Source: a cyanobacterium endosymbiont of Epithemia turgida isolate EtSB Lake Yunoko (lineage in GTDB: Bacteria > Cyanobacteriota > Cyanobacteriia > Cyanobacteriales > Microcystaceae). From it: a stretch of 32,000 bases of DNA. The position numbers and the translations under genes are program-made. How positions within the stretch are numbered: position 1 is the stretch's first letter; each line of letters opens with the position of its first letter. The notes below the pieces were generated by a model. That model had not been told where the DNA came from. It did not search any database and saw nothing but the letters and a program-made list of their open reading frames with translations. Of the stretch, positions 19,592-28,916 are shown one piece after another. The stretch lies in the NCBI RefSeq assembly GCF_000829235.1, contig NZ_AP012549.1:1200001-1232000 (forward strand). Reading direction: 5' to 3'.

Positions 19592-20344
19592 ACAATTAAT
19601 TGTTTATGGATATTTATTAGCCGCTATTGCGGATTTGTAAAAGCATTTAACCTGTTGTTAAACATGTTCTGATCCTAATTTCTTAAAGTAAGACTGTACA
19701 TAACTACATGTAATCTTAATTTTTAAAAATTGCCGAAGATATATGTATTTAACAAAATGTATCTTAATGAAATTTGTAAAATGAAGCTCTCTATGCTAAA
19801 AATAAATTTTAAAATGATTAAAATTATCTTTTTCCACACTAAATAACATTCCAAAAATTCTTTATTAAAAGTGTGCTTTATGGCATCATCAGAATAATAG
19901 CTTGTATTTAACGACAAGAATTTTTATGACGTAACCAATTAGAGTGGTTATTTGATATTTGTTCATATCTCTATCTTAGAATAAGATAATCTCTGACAAT
20001 ATTAAATATCTATAAATAAATACTCATATAAATATAATAATATAAACTTTTTAGCTAAATTAATTGTTTATTAACGTTGGTTTTTATATTTTCAACGAAG
20101 AAAATTGTTCTCATTGAATAATCATCAACAATAATATAAAATTGCTGTAAAATAAATTTCTTTTGCATAAGAATATAGTTTAACCTTCTTTGATTAAAGG
20201 TGGCTAGAAGTCTGGTTAAAATAACACAAGAGTTACGATCACTATCCGCAGCTTATATTACAACCTATCTCACTGGTGTTGTAGTCATTGATTAGATTAA
20301 AAATATTTTTATTATTCTTGCTCAACTTGCTCTTAAGGTTTAAT

Positions 20345-21610
20345 TTATTGTTCCAAAATATCCTTTTCAGTCGTATAGCTAATATCAGCTTCGGTAATTA
20401 ATTTTTCTGCTGCAAATTCACAAGCATATTTTATTTTTTGCTGTAGATTTTCACTCGGTTGCAATAAATTTTCTGCTCTTTTTTGCCGGATCATATTACG
20501 GGACTTAATTATATCATTACGCCACTGAACCACAAAATAGCGAATCAAAGGAATTACTAGAAAACCTATTGAATAGACTAATAATATCCAATAAATAGAG
20601 TTAACAAAAGAGACTAATCCAGTCATTTGATTTATAAATTCAGGATCTTTAATTAAATATCCTAAAACCAGAGCGAGAATAAAATTTAATATTCCTAACC
20701 CAGTTGCTAGCATAATTTGTCTGCTACTAGCTCTACTAAAGCAATATAAATTTTCCTTTAAATAGCTAGTAACTGAATGCTTTTTATGTAGTTGAGCTGT
20801 TACTTGTAACCTAGGGAAATAATATATTATTTCTCCTTGGGAGGAGACTCTAGGATAACCATTGAATCTGGTTAAAATAGGTAACATATAATCTTCACTA
20901 TCTTCGTTGTATTGAGTTATATTATCAAGGTAAGGAGAAACTTGTTGAGCAATAATTGCTCCTTGATTAGTACGAATTACTGCCCCTATTTCTCGCCAAC
21001 GACATTCTTCTAAGTTATTATTAGGATTACCTTCACCGAACAAAAATGAAAAAATAGCTTCTAGAAAATTAAGATCGCTTTCTTGCCGATTTATTTCGGA
21101 ACTTTGATACGATTTATATCGATGAAAATAATAATTGTAATCAGGATAAAAAATCAAAAATAAATTAGAAAAGTTTGGAAAAAAAATAAAATTATTTTCA
21201 TAACCTAGACCTCTGCTTTCTTGAGAGTCTTTATCTTTTTGACTACTAGAACTAATAGCAACAATAATCATAGCAATAGTAATCATCATCAAAACGACAG
21301 AAGCAATTATAATTACCCCAAAAGAAATCCGAAGTAAATAGAAAAGAGCATTCCATATTTTTTTCCAGATTTCTTTAAAGTAAAGTTGCCAGTATTTATT
21401 ACGGAGAATTTTCTTAAAATTTGGTGAGAAAAGATATATAATTTCACCTGACTCAGCTACTTGTAAATGTCCTCCGCTATCGGAAGCTAAAGCTAGCAAT
21501 TCCTGTTGTGCTACATTCAGTTCGAGTCCTGCTTGGGTAGCGACATCTCCAACAGTCACGCGATACCCTAATTGTTGCACAGATGTCATAATTTCAGTCC
21601 TAAGGGTCAT
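20345..21610 (-). CDS. Multi-pass membrane protein of unknown function with two related soluble modules
   Basis: The 421-aa ORF has one module ending GGHLQVAESGEIIYLFSPNF and a second ending NGYPRVSSQGEIIYYFPRLQ. Each is followed by hydrophobic helices (FGVIIIASVVLMMITIAMIIVAI; LATGLGILNFILALVLGYL; IYWILLVYSIGFLVIPLI). Confidence 0.65.
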   Translation of the reverse strand: MTLRTEIMTSVQQLGYRVTVGDVATQAGLELNVAQQELLALASDSGGHLQVAESGEIIYLFSPNFKKILRNKYWQLYFKEIWKKIWNALFYLLRISFGVIIIASVVLMMITIAMIIVAISSSSQKDKDSQESRGLGYENNFIFFPNFSNLFLIFYPDYNYYFHRYKSYQSSEINRQESDLNFLEAIFSFLFGEGNPNNNLEECRWREIGAVIRTNQGAIIAQQVSPYLDNITQYNEDSEDYMLPILTRFNGYPRVSSQGEIIYYFPRLQVTAQLHKKHSVTSYLKENLYCFSRASSRQIMLATGLGILNFILALVLGYLIKDPEFINQMTGLVSFVNSIYWILLVYSIGFLVIPLIRYFVVQWRNDIIKSRNMIRQKRAENLLQPSENLQQKIKYACEFAAEKLITEADISYTTEKDILEQ

Positions 21611-22813
21611 ATTACATTGCCTTCTCTATAATTTTTTCTAATTCTTAGTATAAACAACTTATCTTAGAGATTCTCTACTTATCTGTAACCTTTAATAAAT
21701 TTGAAAAGAACATAATTTACAAAGGTAAAATGATTACCATTTGCTTAAAATTTTACGAGTTAATGACTATATCTAGTTTTAAATAAAAGAACTTAAGCTT
21801 TATCTGAATTAAATAGAACTTCAATAAAGTTATATTATTTAAGTTCTATTTAACCTGGGGAGGTTATACTTGTCGTAAAAAAAACTAAAGATAAAATTTT
21901 CATTTTATAAAAAATATATTAAAGTAGATAGCTCTAAAAGAATCTTATTTTTTTTATTCATATATTTAAAGAATTAAAGTTAAATTTACTTAATTTTAAT
22001 TTACTTTTTTTAGATTAACTGCTTTAATGAATATTTTGCTTAATTACCTCAGCTAAATCATTTTCATCTTTAAATATATTGTTAAAAATTTAATTAACTT
22101 TTATTTGAAATTATTCCTCTTTAATTAGATTTGGTTATTTTTATATCTTTATATCTTTCTTCTATTTTTGTATTAAGTAATTTATCTGTAAATTATTTTT
22201 ACAGGTTTAATTTATAATAGTTTCACTTAATCTAGAAATTTTAAAACTTTTTATTCTCTTATATTAAAATAAAATATTTCTAATATTGTTCTCATTCATA
22301 GATAAACTTTTAGGGGTAAGTTGACTTTTGTAATTTTTGTGTAGTTAATCATGCTAGCTGAATGTTAGAGAAATCTGATATCTAGCAATTAATATTTTAT
22401 AAGCATTTTTTTATTTTATATTTATTAAATTTCAACTACTTATTATACTATTTCAGACTATCCATATCTTATAAAGATTTTACTAAAACAACTTACAGGA
22501 ATCAGCAATTTTATGACTTCAACTTGTGCGACGAATAATCTTATTATAACCGACTATCAATGGAAAGATAAAATTTATTAAATGTCCCTAGGTTTTTTTA
22601 TAAAATTAAAATTACACTTCATTTCATTTATTACGCTAAAATAAAAAATAATAAAAGATTAGGTTTTATTCTACAAAAATAAAGTATGCCTCCGCTGACT
22701 CAGTCAATAGGTTGTGTAGAGTATCTTTTTTTATATGTCCCAACTTTTCATGATTTAATTCCATGATGTGTAATACGTAATGGTTTAGTATAATTGAAAC
22801 TACAAAATTTAAT

Positions 22814-24166
22814 TCACTCGGCTGCAGGCATTAAAGGGCTAGTGTAAGCAATAAAATCAGCATTCTCAAGAGAGGAGATTGTCCTTGATTCATTTTCTAC
22901 CCAATAGTTTTGACCGAAACGAACAAACTTTTGTTGATTTTCAATACCAATAATAGCAACAACAGGGATTTTAGCTTTTATTTTATCTCTAGAATTTTCT
23001 TGAATAATTTTCTTTAAATTTTGTTGAAAATTTTGATTAACTGCTTGTTGAAGAGTTAATTTAACTATTAATATCTTTACTTTCTCTACAACTTCTCCAT
23101 TTTCAATAACTAGTTGAACTTGATTATCTCGACGGTCAACCTTTCCCCAAATCATCAAATGGTTATCTTCAACCAATAGTTCTTTAATGTGTTCATACAC
23201 ATCAGAAAAAACTACCCCTTCTGATTGGCCTGAAATATCCTCTAATGTGATAAATGCCATTTCTTTTCCAGTCTTAGTTACTATTTTTTTAACCTCATTA
23301 ACTATCACAACAGCACTAATTTTAGATTTAGATCTTTGATTCTCTAATTCACTCAAATTAATCGGGGATAAAATATGAGTTGCCTCTTTAACCGATTTTA
23401 AAGGATGCTCAGAAATATAAAAACCTAAATGTTCTTTTTCTAACTTAAGTCTTTTAGGTAGAGTAAAATCAGCTACAAAAGGGGAACTTGGTTCCTGAGC
23501 AAATTCAGACTGATTATTAGTATTATTCTGGATACTATTTTTTAGTATATCAAAGATGTTTAATTGCCCAGTTTCTTTCTCTTTAGTTCGCTTTTGTGCC
23601 CAAGAAATAACTAGATCAAGATCATTTATCAATTGTTTGCGGTTAGCTTTAATTTTATCAAATGCTCCACAATAGATTAAAGTTTCTAAGGCTCGTCTGT
23701 TAACTAATCGTAAGTTAACAGACGAGCAAAAATCAGCTAGAGATTTAAAATTTCCTCTTTTCTCCCTAGCTTTCAATATGCTATCAATAGTTCCTCCTCC
23801 TAAATTTTTAATCGCCGAGAACCCAAACAGAATATTATCTCCAATTGGAGTAAAATCTTTCTGGGAACAATTAATATCAGGAGGATTAATATAAATTCCC
23901 ATCTTTTGAGAATTCTCTCGATACTTTTCTACCTTATCTTGATTGTCACTACTAGCTGTCAATAAAGCCGTCATGTATTCAACAGGATAATTTGCTTTTA
24001 AGTAAGCGGTTTGATAGGTTATATAAGCATAAGCAGTGGAGTGAGATTTATTAAAGCAGTTAGACGCAACTACGCCATTAGCCAATAAAAAATTATGATC
24101 TTGAACAACTCCAATATCATAGACCGATTGTTTTCCTAAAGACTTACAACTAATAATTTTAGCCAT
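22814..24166 (-). CDS. dnaE: DNA polymerase III alpha subunit, C-terminal half (DnaE-C) fused to split-intein Int-C
   Basis: The 450-aa ORF begins with a 36-aa Int-C, MAKIISCKSLGKQSVYDIGVVQDHNFLLANGVVASN. This is followed by the +1 extein CFNKSHSTAYAYITYQTAYLKANYPVEYMTALL, the conserved DnaE junction of cyanobacterial split DnaE. The remainder has the Pol III alpha C-terminal region (HhH-like GFSAIKNLGGG, OB-fold region). Confidence 0.95.
   Translation of the reverse strand: MAKIISCKSLGKQSVYDIGVVQDHNFLLANGVVASNCFNKSHSTAYAYITYQTAYLKANYPVEYMTALLTASSDNQDKVEKYRENSQKMGIYINPPDINCSQKDFTPIGDNILFGFSAIKNLGGGTIDSILKAREKRGNFKSLADFCSSVNLRLVNRRALETLIYCGAFDKIKANRKQLINDLDLVISWAQKRTKEKETGQLNIFDILKNSIQNNTNNQSEFAQEPSSPFVADFTLPKRLKLEKEHLGFYISEHPLKSVKEATHILSPINLSELENQRSKSKISAVVIVNEVKKIVTKTGKEMAFITLEDISGQSEGVVFSDVYEHIKELLVEDNHLMIWGKVDRRDNQVQLVIENGEVVEKVKILIVKLTLQQAVNQNFQQNLKKIIQENSRDKIKAKIPVVAIIGIENQQKFVRFGQNYWVENESRTISSLENADFIAYTSPLMPAAE
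24059..24166 (-). mobile_element. Split intein C-terminal fragment (DnaE Int-C, 36 codons)
   Basis: The sequence closely follows known Ssp/Npu DnaE Int-C fragments (xxKIxxxxSLGxQxVYDIGVxxDHNFxLxNGxxASN). The terminal Asn codon is at 24059-24061 and the Cys+1 codon at 24056-24058. The ORF start coincides with the intein fragment start. Confidence 0.9.
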
Positions 24167-24226
24167 GTTATATCAACCAATAATACCTTTAAAAAATATC
24201 ATAATTTCTCTGAACAAATAAATTGG

Positions 24227-24676
24227 TCTATAGTCATCATTAACTATCGTAGCCCAAATTTAGTTCTTAACTGTTTGCGTTCACTTGAAGAGCAAATAGA
24301 TATGAATGAACATTGTGTCATACTAGTAGATAATGCCTCTGGGAGTAACTCAGTTCTTATCTCATAACAGAGTATTCTCGATAATCAATGGAATTATTGG
24401 GTCGCACTGATTGAGTATTCTATCAATGGGGGATGTTCAGCAGTAAATAGCGTTGGGATTAAAGCTGTTACTTTTGAACAAACTGGCTAAATCGATGAAG
24501 ACTATTTCATGTATTTTGATGATATTGATTGCTGTCACTGTACTCGAGATAAAGCTTAGAAAATCCTTTACTGGACTGAGGTGAGAGTCATTCACCTACG
24601 AGGAAAAAGTAGTTTGGTTAAACCCGATAAGGAGGTGATGGCTCGCAAATACCTGCGACCCATCACCTTATCATAG
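24227..24676 (+). pseudogene. Eroded family 2 glycosyltransferase pseudogene (three in-frame stops, truncated)
   Basis: A single frame reads SIVIINYRSPNLVLNCLRSLEEQIDMNEHCVILVDNASGSNSVLIS*QS...INGGCSAVNSVGIKAVTFEQTG*IDEDYFMYFDDIDCCHCTRDKA*KILYWTEVRVIHLRGKSS. This is the GT2 order of motifs: (V/I)NY, VDNAS, then DEDxFxYxEDxDxCxR..G.K(I/V).Y.P...V.H.GG.S. Stops are at 24365-24367, 24488-24490 and 24557-24559. About 150 codons remain of an expected 300 or so. Confidence 0.75.
24633..24668. repeat. GC-rich hairpin (14 paired positions, one C-C mismatch, 6-nt loop)
   Basis: AGGTGATGGcTCGCA (24633-24647), loop aatacc, TGCGAcCCATCACCT (24654-24668). An alternative extension pairs GATAAGG (24626-24632) with CCTTATC (24666-24672). 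It stands out against the AT-rich context and lies at the 3' end of the GT2 pseudogene. Confidence 0.6.
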
Positions 24677-24958
24677 CGACAAAAGCACAACGAGATTTAT
24701 AGCAAATATCTGAAAAATCGAATAAAAAATACTACTTCAATCTCTAACAAAATATTCCTTGTACTTTTCATTTTCTAATAGTAAACAAGTAAAGAAACTT
24801 TTGAAACTCATATAACTATAACGAAAGTTTTCATCCTACAATTGTTCGCTTGGGCTTATGTTATCATCGATTATTTACTAATAAACAAAGTAACAGCTAT
24901 AATAACTTTAAAAGCCGCTTCATAAAAAAAATAATTAAAACTTGCTACTTGAGGATGT

Positions 24959-24987
24959 AAAAGTCTTTAATACGAAAAAAGACTCTT
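24959..24987 (-). terminator. Weak hairpin downstream of the 112-aa gene (candidate terminator)
   Basis: AGTCTTT (24962-24968) pairs with AAAGACT (24978-24984), with partial extension. On the - strand it starts about 17 nt after the stop and is followed by TTTAC. The stem is short and AT-rich. Confidence 0.3.
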
Positions 24988-25003
24988 ACGTCCTCTGTCA
25001 ATA

Positions 25004-25342
25004 TTAATCTTCATCAAGTGCCGGAAAAGCTTCCTCAATTTTCCATAAATTCTCTTTGTTTTCAATAACCCAACTACGAGTTTCGGGAATCAACTGCTCC
25101 CAAACAACATCAACCGCAACATGGGGAGATGCATACTGGTATTTTTGTCCAAATTCTTTTAAATTTTCGGCCACATTCTCAGAAATACCAAAATAAGACC
25201 AATCAACTTCGAGTCTCATCCCAGAGACACCACCCGTTGGATCAAAAATCAATTGCGCCGTTCTCACTAAATCTGCAAAGTGTCTAGGTTCAAGTCCGGT
25301 GATTTCCTGGATTTTCTTTGCTTGGCTATTGGTTCGTTTCAT
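25004..25342 (-). CDS. Small acidic protein of unknown function
   Basis: The 112-aa ORF has coding-like composition (GC clearly above the flanking spacer) and no low-complexity runs. A sigma70-like promoter lies upstream. I recognise no family. Confidence 0.6.
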   Translation of the reverse strand: MKRTNSQAKKIQEITGLEPRHFADLVRTAQLIFDPTGGVSGMRLEVDWSYFGISENVAENLKEFGQKYQYASPHVAVDVVWEQLIPETRSWVIENKENLWKIEEAFPALDED

Positions 25343-25373
25343 AGGGTATTATTCCTATACAGTTATATATCTA

Positions 25374-25402
25374 TTTATACCTATTAAGGGTATAAAGATC
25401 AA
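25374..25402 (-). promoter_or_regulatory. Candidate sigma70-type promoter for the 112-aa gene
   Basis: On the - strand: TTGATC (25402-25397), a 17-nt spacer, then TATAAA (25379-25374), about 30 nt upstream of the ATG at 25342. AT-rich context makes chance matches common. Confidence 0.3.
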
Positions 25403-25543
25403 CCCCTCTTGCTCAATAATTTTTGATTTTATTTTTTTAAAAAAAATTTTAAAAAAATAAAATTTATTTGACATTAGTGGTTTTCATGACCACATAGTAT
25501 GGAGAAATTGATTAAGTTAAGTTGAGTAGTTGATAAACATCCT

Positions 25544-25585
25544 CTTAATCATGAACATTTTTATCTTAATCATGAACATTCTTAT
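25544..25585. repeat. 21-bp tandem direct repeat, two full copies (20/21 identical) with degenerate partial copies on each side
   Basis: CTTAATCATGAACATTTTTAT (25544-25564) and CTTAATCATGAACATTCTTAT (25565-25585). The flanks aaacatcct and cttcattt look like decayed partial units. Confidence 0.85.
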
Positions 25586-27561
25586 CTTCATTTAGAATTT
25601 TAATTTTAATATTTACTGTTTGCGTTAGCTACACTAAAATCTGATATACAACAAAATATAGTTACCTATGTAACATTATAAAATCTAAAAAATAAGTAAC
25701 TACTCAGAAAAGGATACAATCAATAATTAATACTTGATCTATACTTACCTAAGTAGAAGTTAATAAAACCGCGGAGAAAAATATTAATACCTTACGGAAC
25801 TATTAATCTATAAACTTAAATTGTGCAAATTTATTTCAATAAAATCTTTAAGTAAGTTAATGTACTCCTTTGCTATTAGGGTAGCAATATGGAGAACAAA
25901 AGTTATTAAATAATATAGACTGTATTTATAACTTTTATTGAATTAAATAAGGACTAAACACAATAAAAAAATCATAATATCACTACTATTATTGGTTAAA
26001 ACCCTAGTCAACTTCAAAAACTTTAAGCACTTAATCAAAAATAATATATAAGATTTATATGTGTTCTAAACAAAGACTAGTGTTAAGTAAAACAAAACCA
26101 AGTATAGTAGTAGAGCTAAAAGTTAACACGTTTTATTTTTCTCTATTTGGTAGTTGACTGTATCCTTCGTCTCAAATATAAAATTTTATTCAACCCCCTG
26201 AATACTATCTAATAGGTTAGAGATGTAACACATAAAGTAATCGACTGTCAGTATTACTTATTAAGTTAAATTTATTTTATTAGCCATAATGCCTCTTCTT
26301 TTCTTAACCTAATTATTTATAAAATAAATTATATTTTTTGTATTAATACTGATTTAATATCGTTTGAATATTTGACGAATAAAAATCTCTACAATATCTT
26401 TAAAACATTCCTTCTCTTGAAGGTAGTTTAATCCTATGAATTATTCTTGTATTTTAAAGTAGATAAAAAAAAATAGGCAGTTTTTAAAAATCCACTAATT
26501 AGTTAAAGTAATATTAATCCAATAATTAATTTAAAGTATACTTCTTCCATCATTGATAATGAGCCAATAATAATAGATTTATTATGTAGGGATATGCCTG
26601 TTAGTTCTAGGTTTTCTAGAACTAACAATCAATATTTTAAGCGTTTTGTAGTATGATAAAACTATTTATTTAAATGAATAGTTATTTCCGATTATTTTTT
26701 AAATAAATTAATCCTAGAACAACTTAAGCATATATTAAATACTATTTTTATTTTTTAAAATATTAAATTATTAAACAATATTTAATACAGAAGATAATCG
26801 AGAAAAATGGTTTGTATTTTCTTTGTCTAAATTATTTTTTTGAAACTAATTTTATATTCCTATAGTAATTTTTTGTAATCATTATTGTTAATATAGTTAA
26901 CCATATTTTTAGAGATAGTTTTATATTTATATTAACTTAATTGTATAATTTTAATATATTTTATTTTTGGGGTCAATTATATGGATTAATTCATATTAAT
27001 AGATAAATCAAATTATTTGTCATTAAAATGTTTTTCCTTGGTATAAAATTTTTTGTACAAATACCCCTAAAATATAGTCTTTGCTTATACCAAAGCCACC
27101 CAAGAAATACCATGACTGTCTTCTAGAGCAACCTCAAGACAAAATAGTTTCGATATCGAGTAATACGAGAGTAATTCAGGGCTTGCAAAACTTGGGATTC
27201 TCTTTTAAAGCGTTTAAACTAATCCCACTGTATATGGGACTAAAAGCCAACAGTTTTAATGTTACTTTTTTATAAAATTTGGGACAAAATAGAAAATTGA
27301 TAAAATTAAGTCATTTCAATCCCAATAAATTAGTACAACTTGTCTAAACATCTTTAATTAGCCATTCTAAATCATGAATTAACCCAGTTTGATGTCCAAC
27401 AGCAGTTTGTCCTAACTAGATTTGTAATTGGTAACTTTTTAAAAGAAAATCCCCAGAGTCAAACATTATCTTTTAATAAAGATAATTTATAATCAATTAA
27501 TTTATTGATTCCTAAACCCTTCCCTTAAAAAGGGAAAAAATAAAATAACTATCTATCAATC

Positions 27562-27612
27562 CTTTCCGGAGGAAAGTTAGAGTGAATCTGTTTTCTTTAA
27601 AAGAGAACAGAT
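27562..27612 (-). terminator. Two consecutive hairpins immediately after the solute-binding-protein stop (possible terminator or RNA-stability element)
   Basis: The first pairs ATCTGTTTTCT (27586-27596) with AGAGAACAGAT (27602-27612), with one mismatch on the - strand, and abuts the stop codon. The second is CTTTCC-gga-GGAAAG (27562-27576). A T-rich tract follows only after the second hairpin on the - strand. Confidence 0.3.
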
Positions 27613-28916
27613 TATCTATTGTTCATTGTTGAAGCAATATTATTCCAAGCATCTGCCGCATCTTGAACCGCTTGTTCAACAGTTTTTTCTTTAAGCATGG
27701 CAGCCTGTAAATTTTCGTAAATAATCTGTTGTAGCTTATTAATATTGTTAATTGACGGAATCAACACTTCAGCATCTTCAAGCTGCATTGCACTAACTTT
27801 ACGGGTTTGAGTGATGAGAGTTGTAGAATCAGACTCTTGTTTCAAGTCTTCTATGTACAGTTTGATGCCTTTTACCGTCGAAGGAAAAACATTCGCTTGT
27901 TTGGCAAACCTCAGTTGATTCTCTGTATTTGTAACAAAAAGAGCGAATTTTATGCCATCGTCTGGTTTATTAGTATCACGGGGAATAATTAAATTCATCA
28001 CTGCCACACTTTTTTTACCTGTTTTTCCCGTAATTTGGGAAGCAGCCCCTGAAACTTTAGTAATAGTAGGAGCATTTTTTTCGATACTAGTTAGAGATTC
28101 GGACCCGGAGGAAAGTAAAGCTGTTTGTCCTGACTGATATAAATCAATAGCATGGCGATGTCCTTGGGTTAAAACTTCAGGAGGTAACAACTCATTTTGA
28201 TACAGATTAACCCAATAACTAAACGCGGCAACACCTTCGGGCGTATTAAAAGCAGCTTTTCTCTGTTTATCTACTAGCTGAACCCCCATCTGGACTAAAG
28301 ATTCCAAAACTTCCCCAGAATCTCCTGGGACAAAAGTAACAAATATGGCATATTTGCCAGTTTTGTTGTGGAATGTTTTTGCAAATTCTGCCAACTCGGC
28401 AAAGGTTTTTGGAGGAGTTGTAAGACTAGCTTGAGAGAGCAACTTTTTATTATAAAGGGTAATACGAGTAGTTAAGTACCACGGAATGCCAAAACTAACA
28501 TCGCCGAGCGTGCTTGCTTGCCAAATTTTCGGCAAATATTGCCGTTTAACCTCCGGAGAAATGTAGGAGTTTAAGTTTAACCAAGCATTACGACTAGCTA
28601 GTTGAGAAGCAAAATTAGGATTAAGGTTAACCACATTGGGAGCGGTTTTGGCAGACACTGTTGTTAAAATTTTGCTTTCCATAGCTTCCCAAGGTATATC
28701 TATCCAACGGACACTTATATCTGGATTCTTTTTCTCAAAGGAATTGATAATATCCGTGAAATAAGGAGTAAATTTAGGTTGAAGCTGCATTGTCCAAAAT
28801 TCTAATTCTTGATTAGATGCTGTCGGAACTCTAGGGTTACAACTGATGAGCCAGCTCGCAACGAATCCTAATAAACACCAGAGGACAAGTGATCTAAATT
28901 TTACAAATCTATGCAT
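27612..28916 (-). CDS. ABC transporter extracellular solute-binding lipoprotein (family 1, carbohydrate-type)
   Basis: The 434-aa ORF has a signal peptide with the lipobox LISC (MHRFVKFRSLVLWCLLGFVASWLISC). Its overall SBP_bac_1-like pattern includes WIDIPWEAMESKILT, GIPWYLTTRITLYNK and PKTFAELAEFAK. Confidence 0.88.
   Translation of the reverse strand: MHRFVKFRSLVLWCLLGFVASWLISCNPRVPTASNQELEFWTMQLQPKFTPYFTDIINSFEKKNPDISVRWIDIPWEAMESKILTTVSAKTAPNVVNLNPNFASQLASRNAWLNLNSYISPEVKRQYLPKIWQASTLGDVSFGIPWYLTTRITLYNKKLLSQASLTTPPKTFAELAEFAKTFHNKTGKYAIFVTFVPGDSGEVLESLVQMGVQLVDKQRKAAFNTPEGVAAFSYWVNLYQNELLPPEVLTQGHRHAIDLYQSGQTALLSSGSESLTSIEKNAPTITKVSGAASQITGKTGKKSVAVMNLIIPRDTNKPDDGIKFALFVTNTENQLRFAKQANVFPSTVKGIKLYIEDLKQESDSTTLITQTRKVSAMQLEDAEVLIPSINNINKLQQIIYENLQAAMLKEKTVEQAVQDAADAWNNIASTMNNR

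Noticed and set aside
19723-19917. 64-codon - strand ORF in the spacer after ispD, and similarly 27081-27275 on the + strand
   Set aside because: Both have AT-rich low-complexity sequence (Ile/Leu/Lys/Asn/Phe) with no family resemblance. They are most likely chance ORFs or unrecognisable relics.
20200-20295. GC-richer patch with a 31-codon GTG-initiated ORF (ARSLVKITQELRSLSAAYITTYLTGVVVID)
   Set aside because: It is too short, has a non-ATG start and matches no recognisable family. It may be a gene relic or a small protein, but I cannot support it from the sequence alone.
25468-25500. TTGACA ... TAGTAT promoter-like pair with an internal GTG-N8-GAC / GTGGT-N7-ACCAC dyad resembling an NtcA/CRP-type site
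   Set aside because: The spacing between the hexamers is 21 nt, too long for sigma70. The dyad deviates from GTA-N8-TAC and sits only about 1 nt from the -10-like box rather than about 22 nt upstream. No + strand gene lies downstream.
25544-25585. Checked whether the 21-bp repeat could be a CRISPR array
   Set aside because: Only two directly abutting copies are present, with no spacers, and there are no cas genes in the window. It is a tandem repeat, not a CRISPR array.
26530-26600. Searched the - strand downstream of the SBP gene for the ABC-permease EAA-loop signature; found only LIINDGRSIL, vaguely like the ..IDGAS.. part of it
   Set aside because: There is no EAA, the fragment is flanked by stops and Tyr runs, and nothing else permease-like surrounds it. 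It is insufficient as evidence for a permease relic.
27807-28137. Two overlapping 61-codon ORFs antisense to the solute-binding-protein gene
   Set aside because: Both are shadow ORFs within a well-supported CDS.
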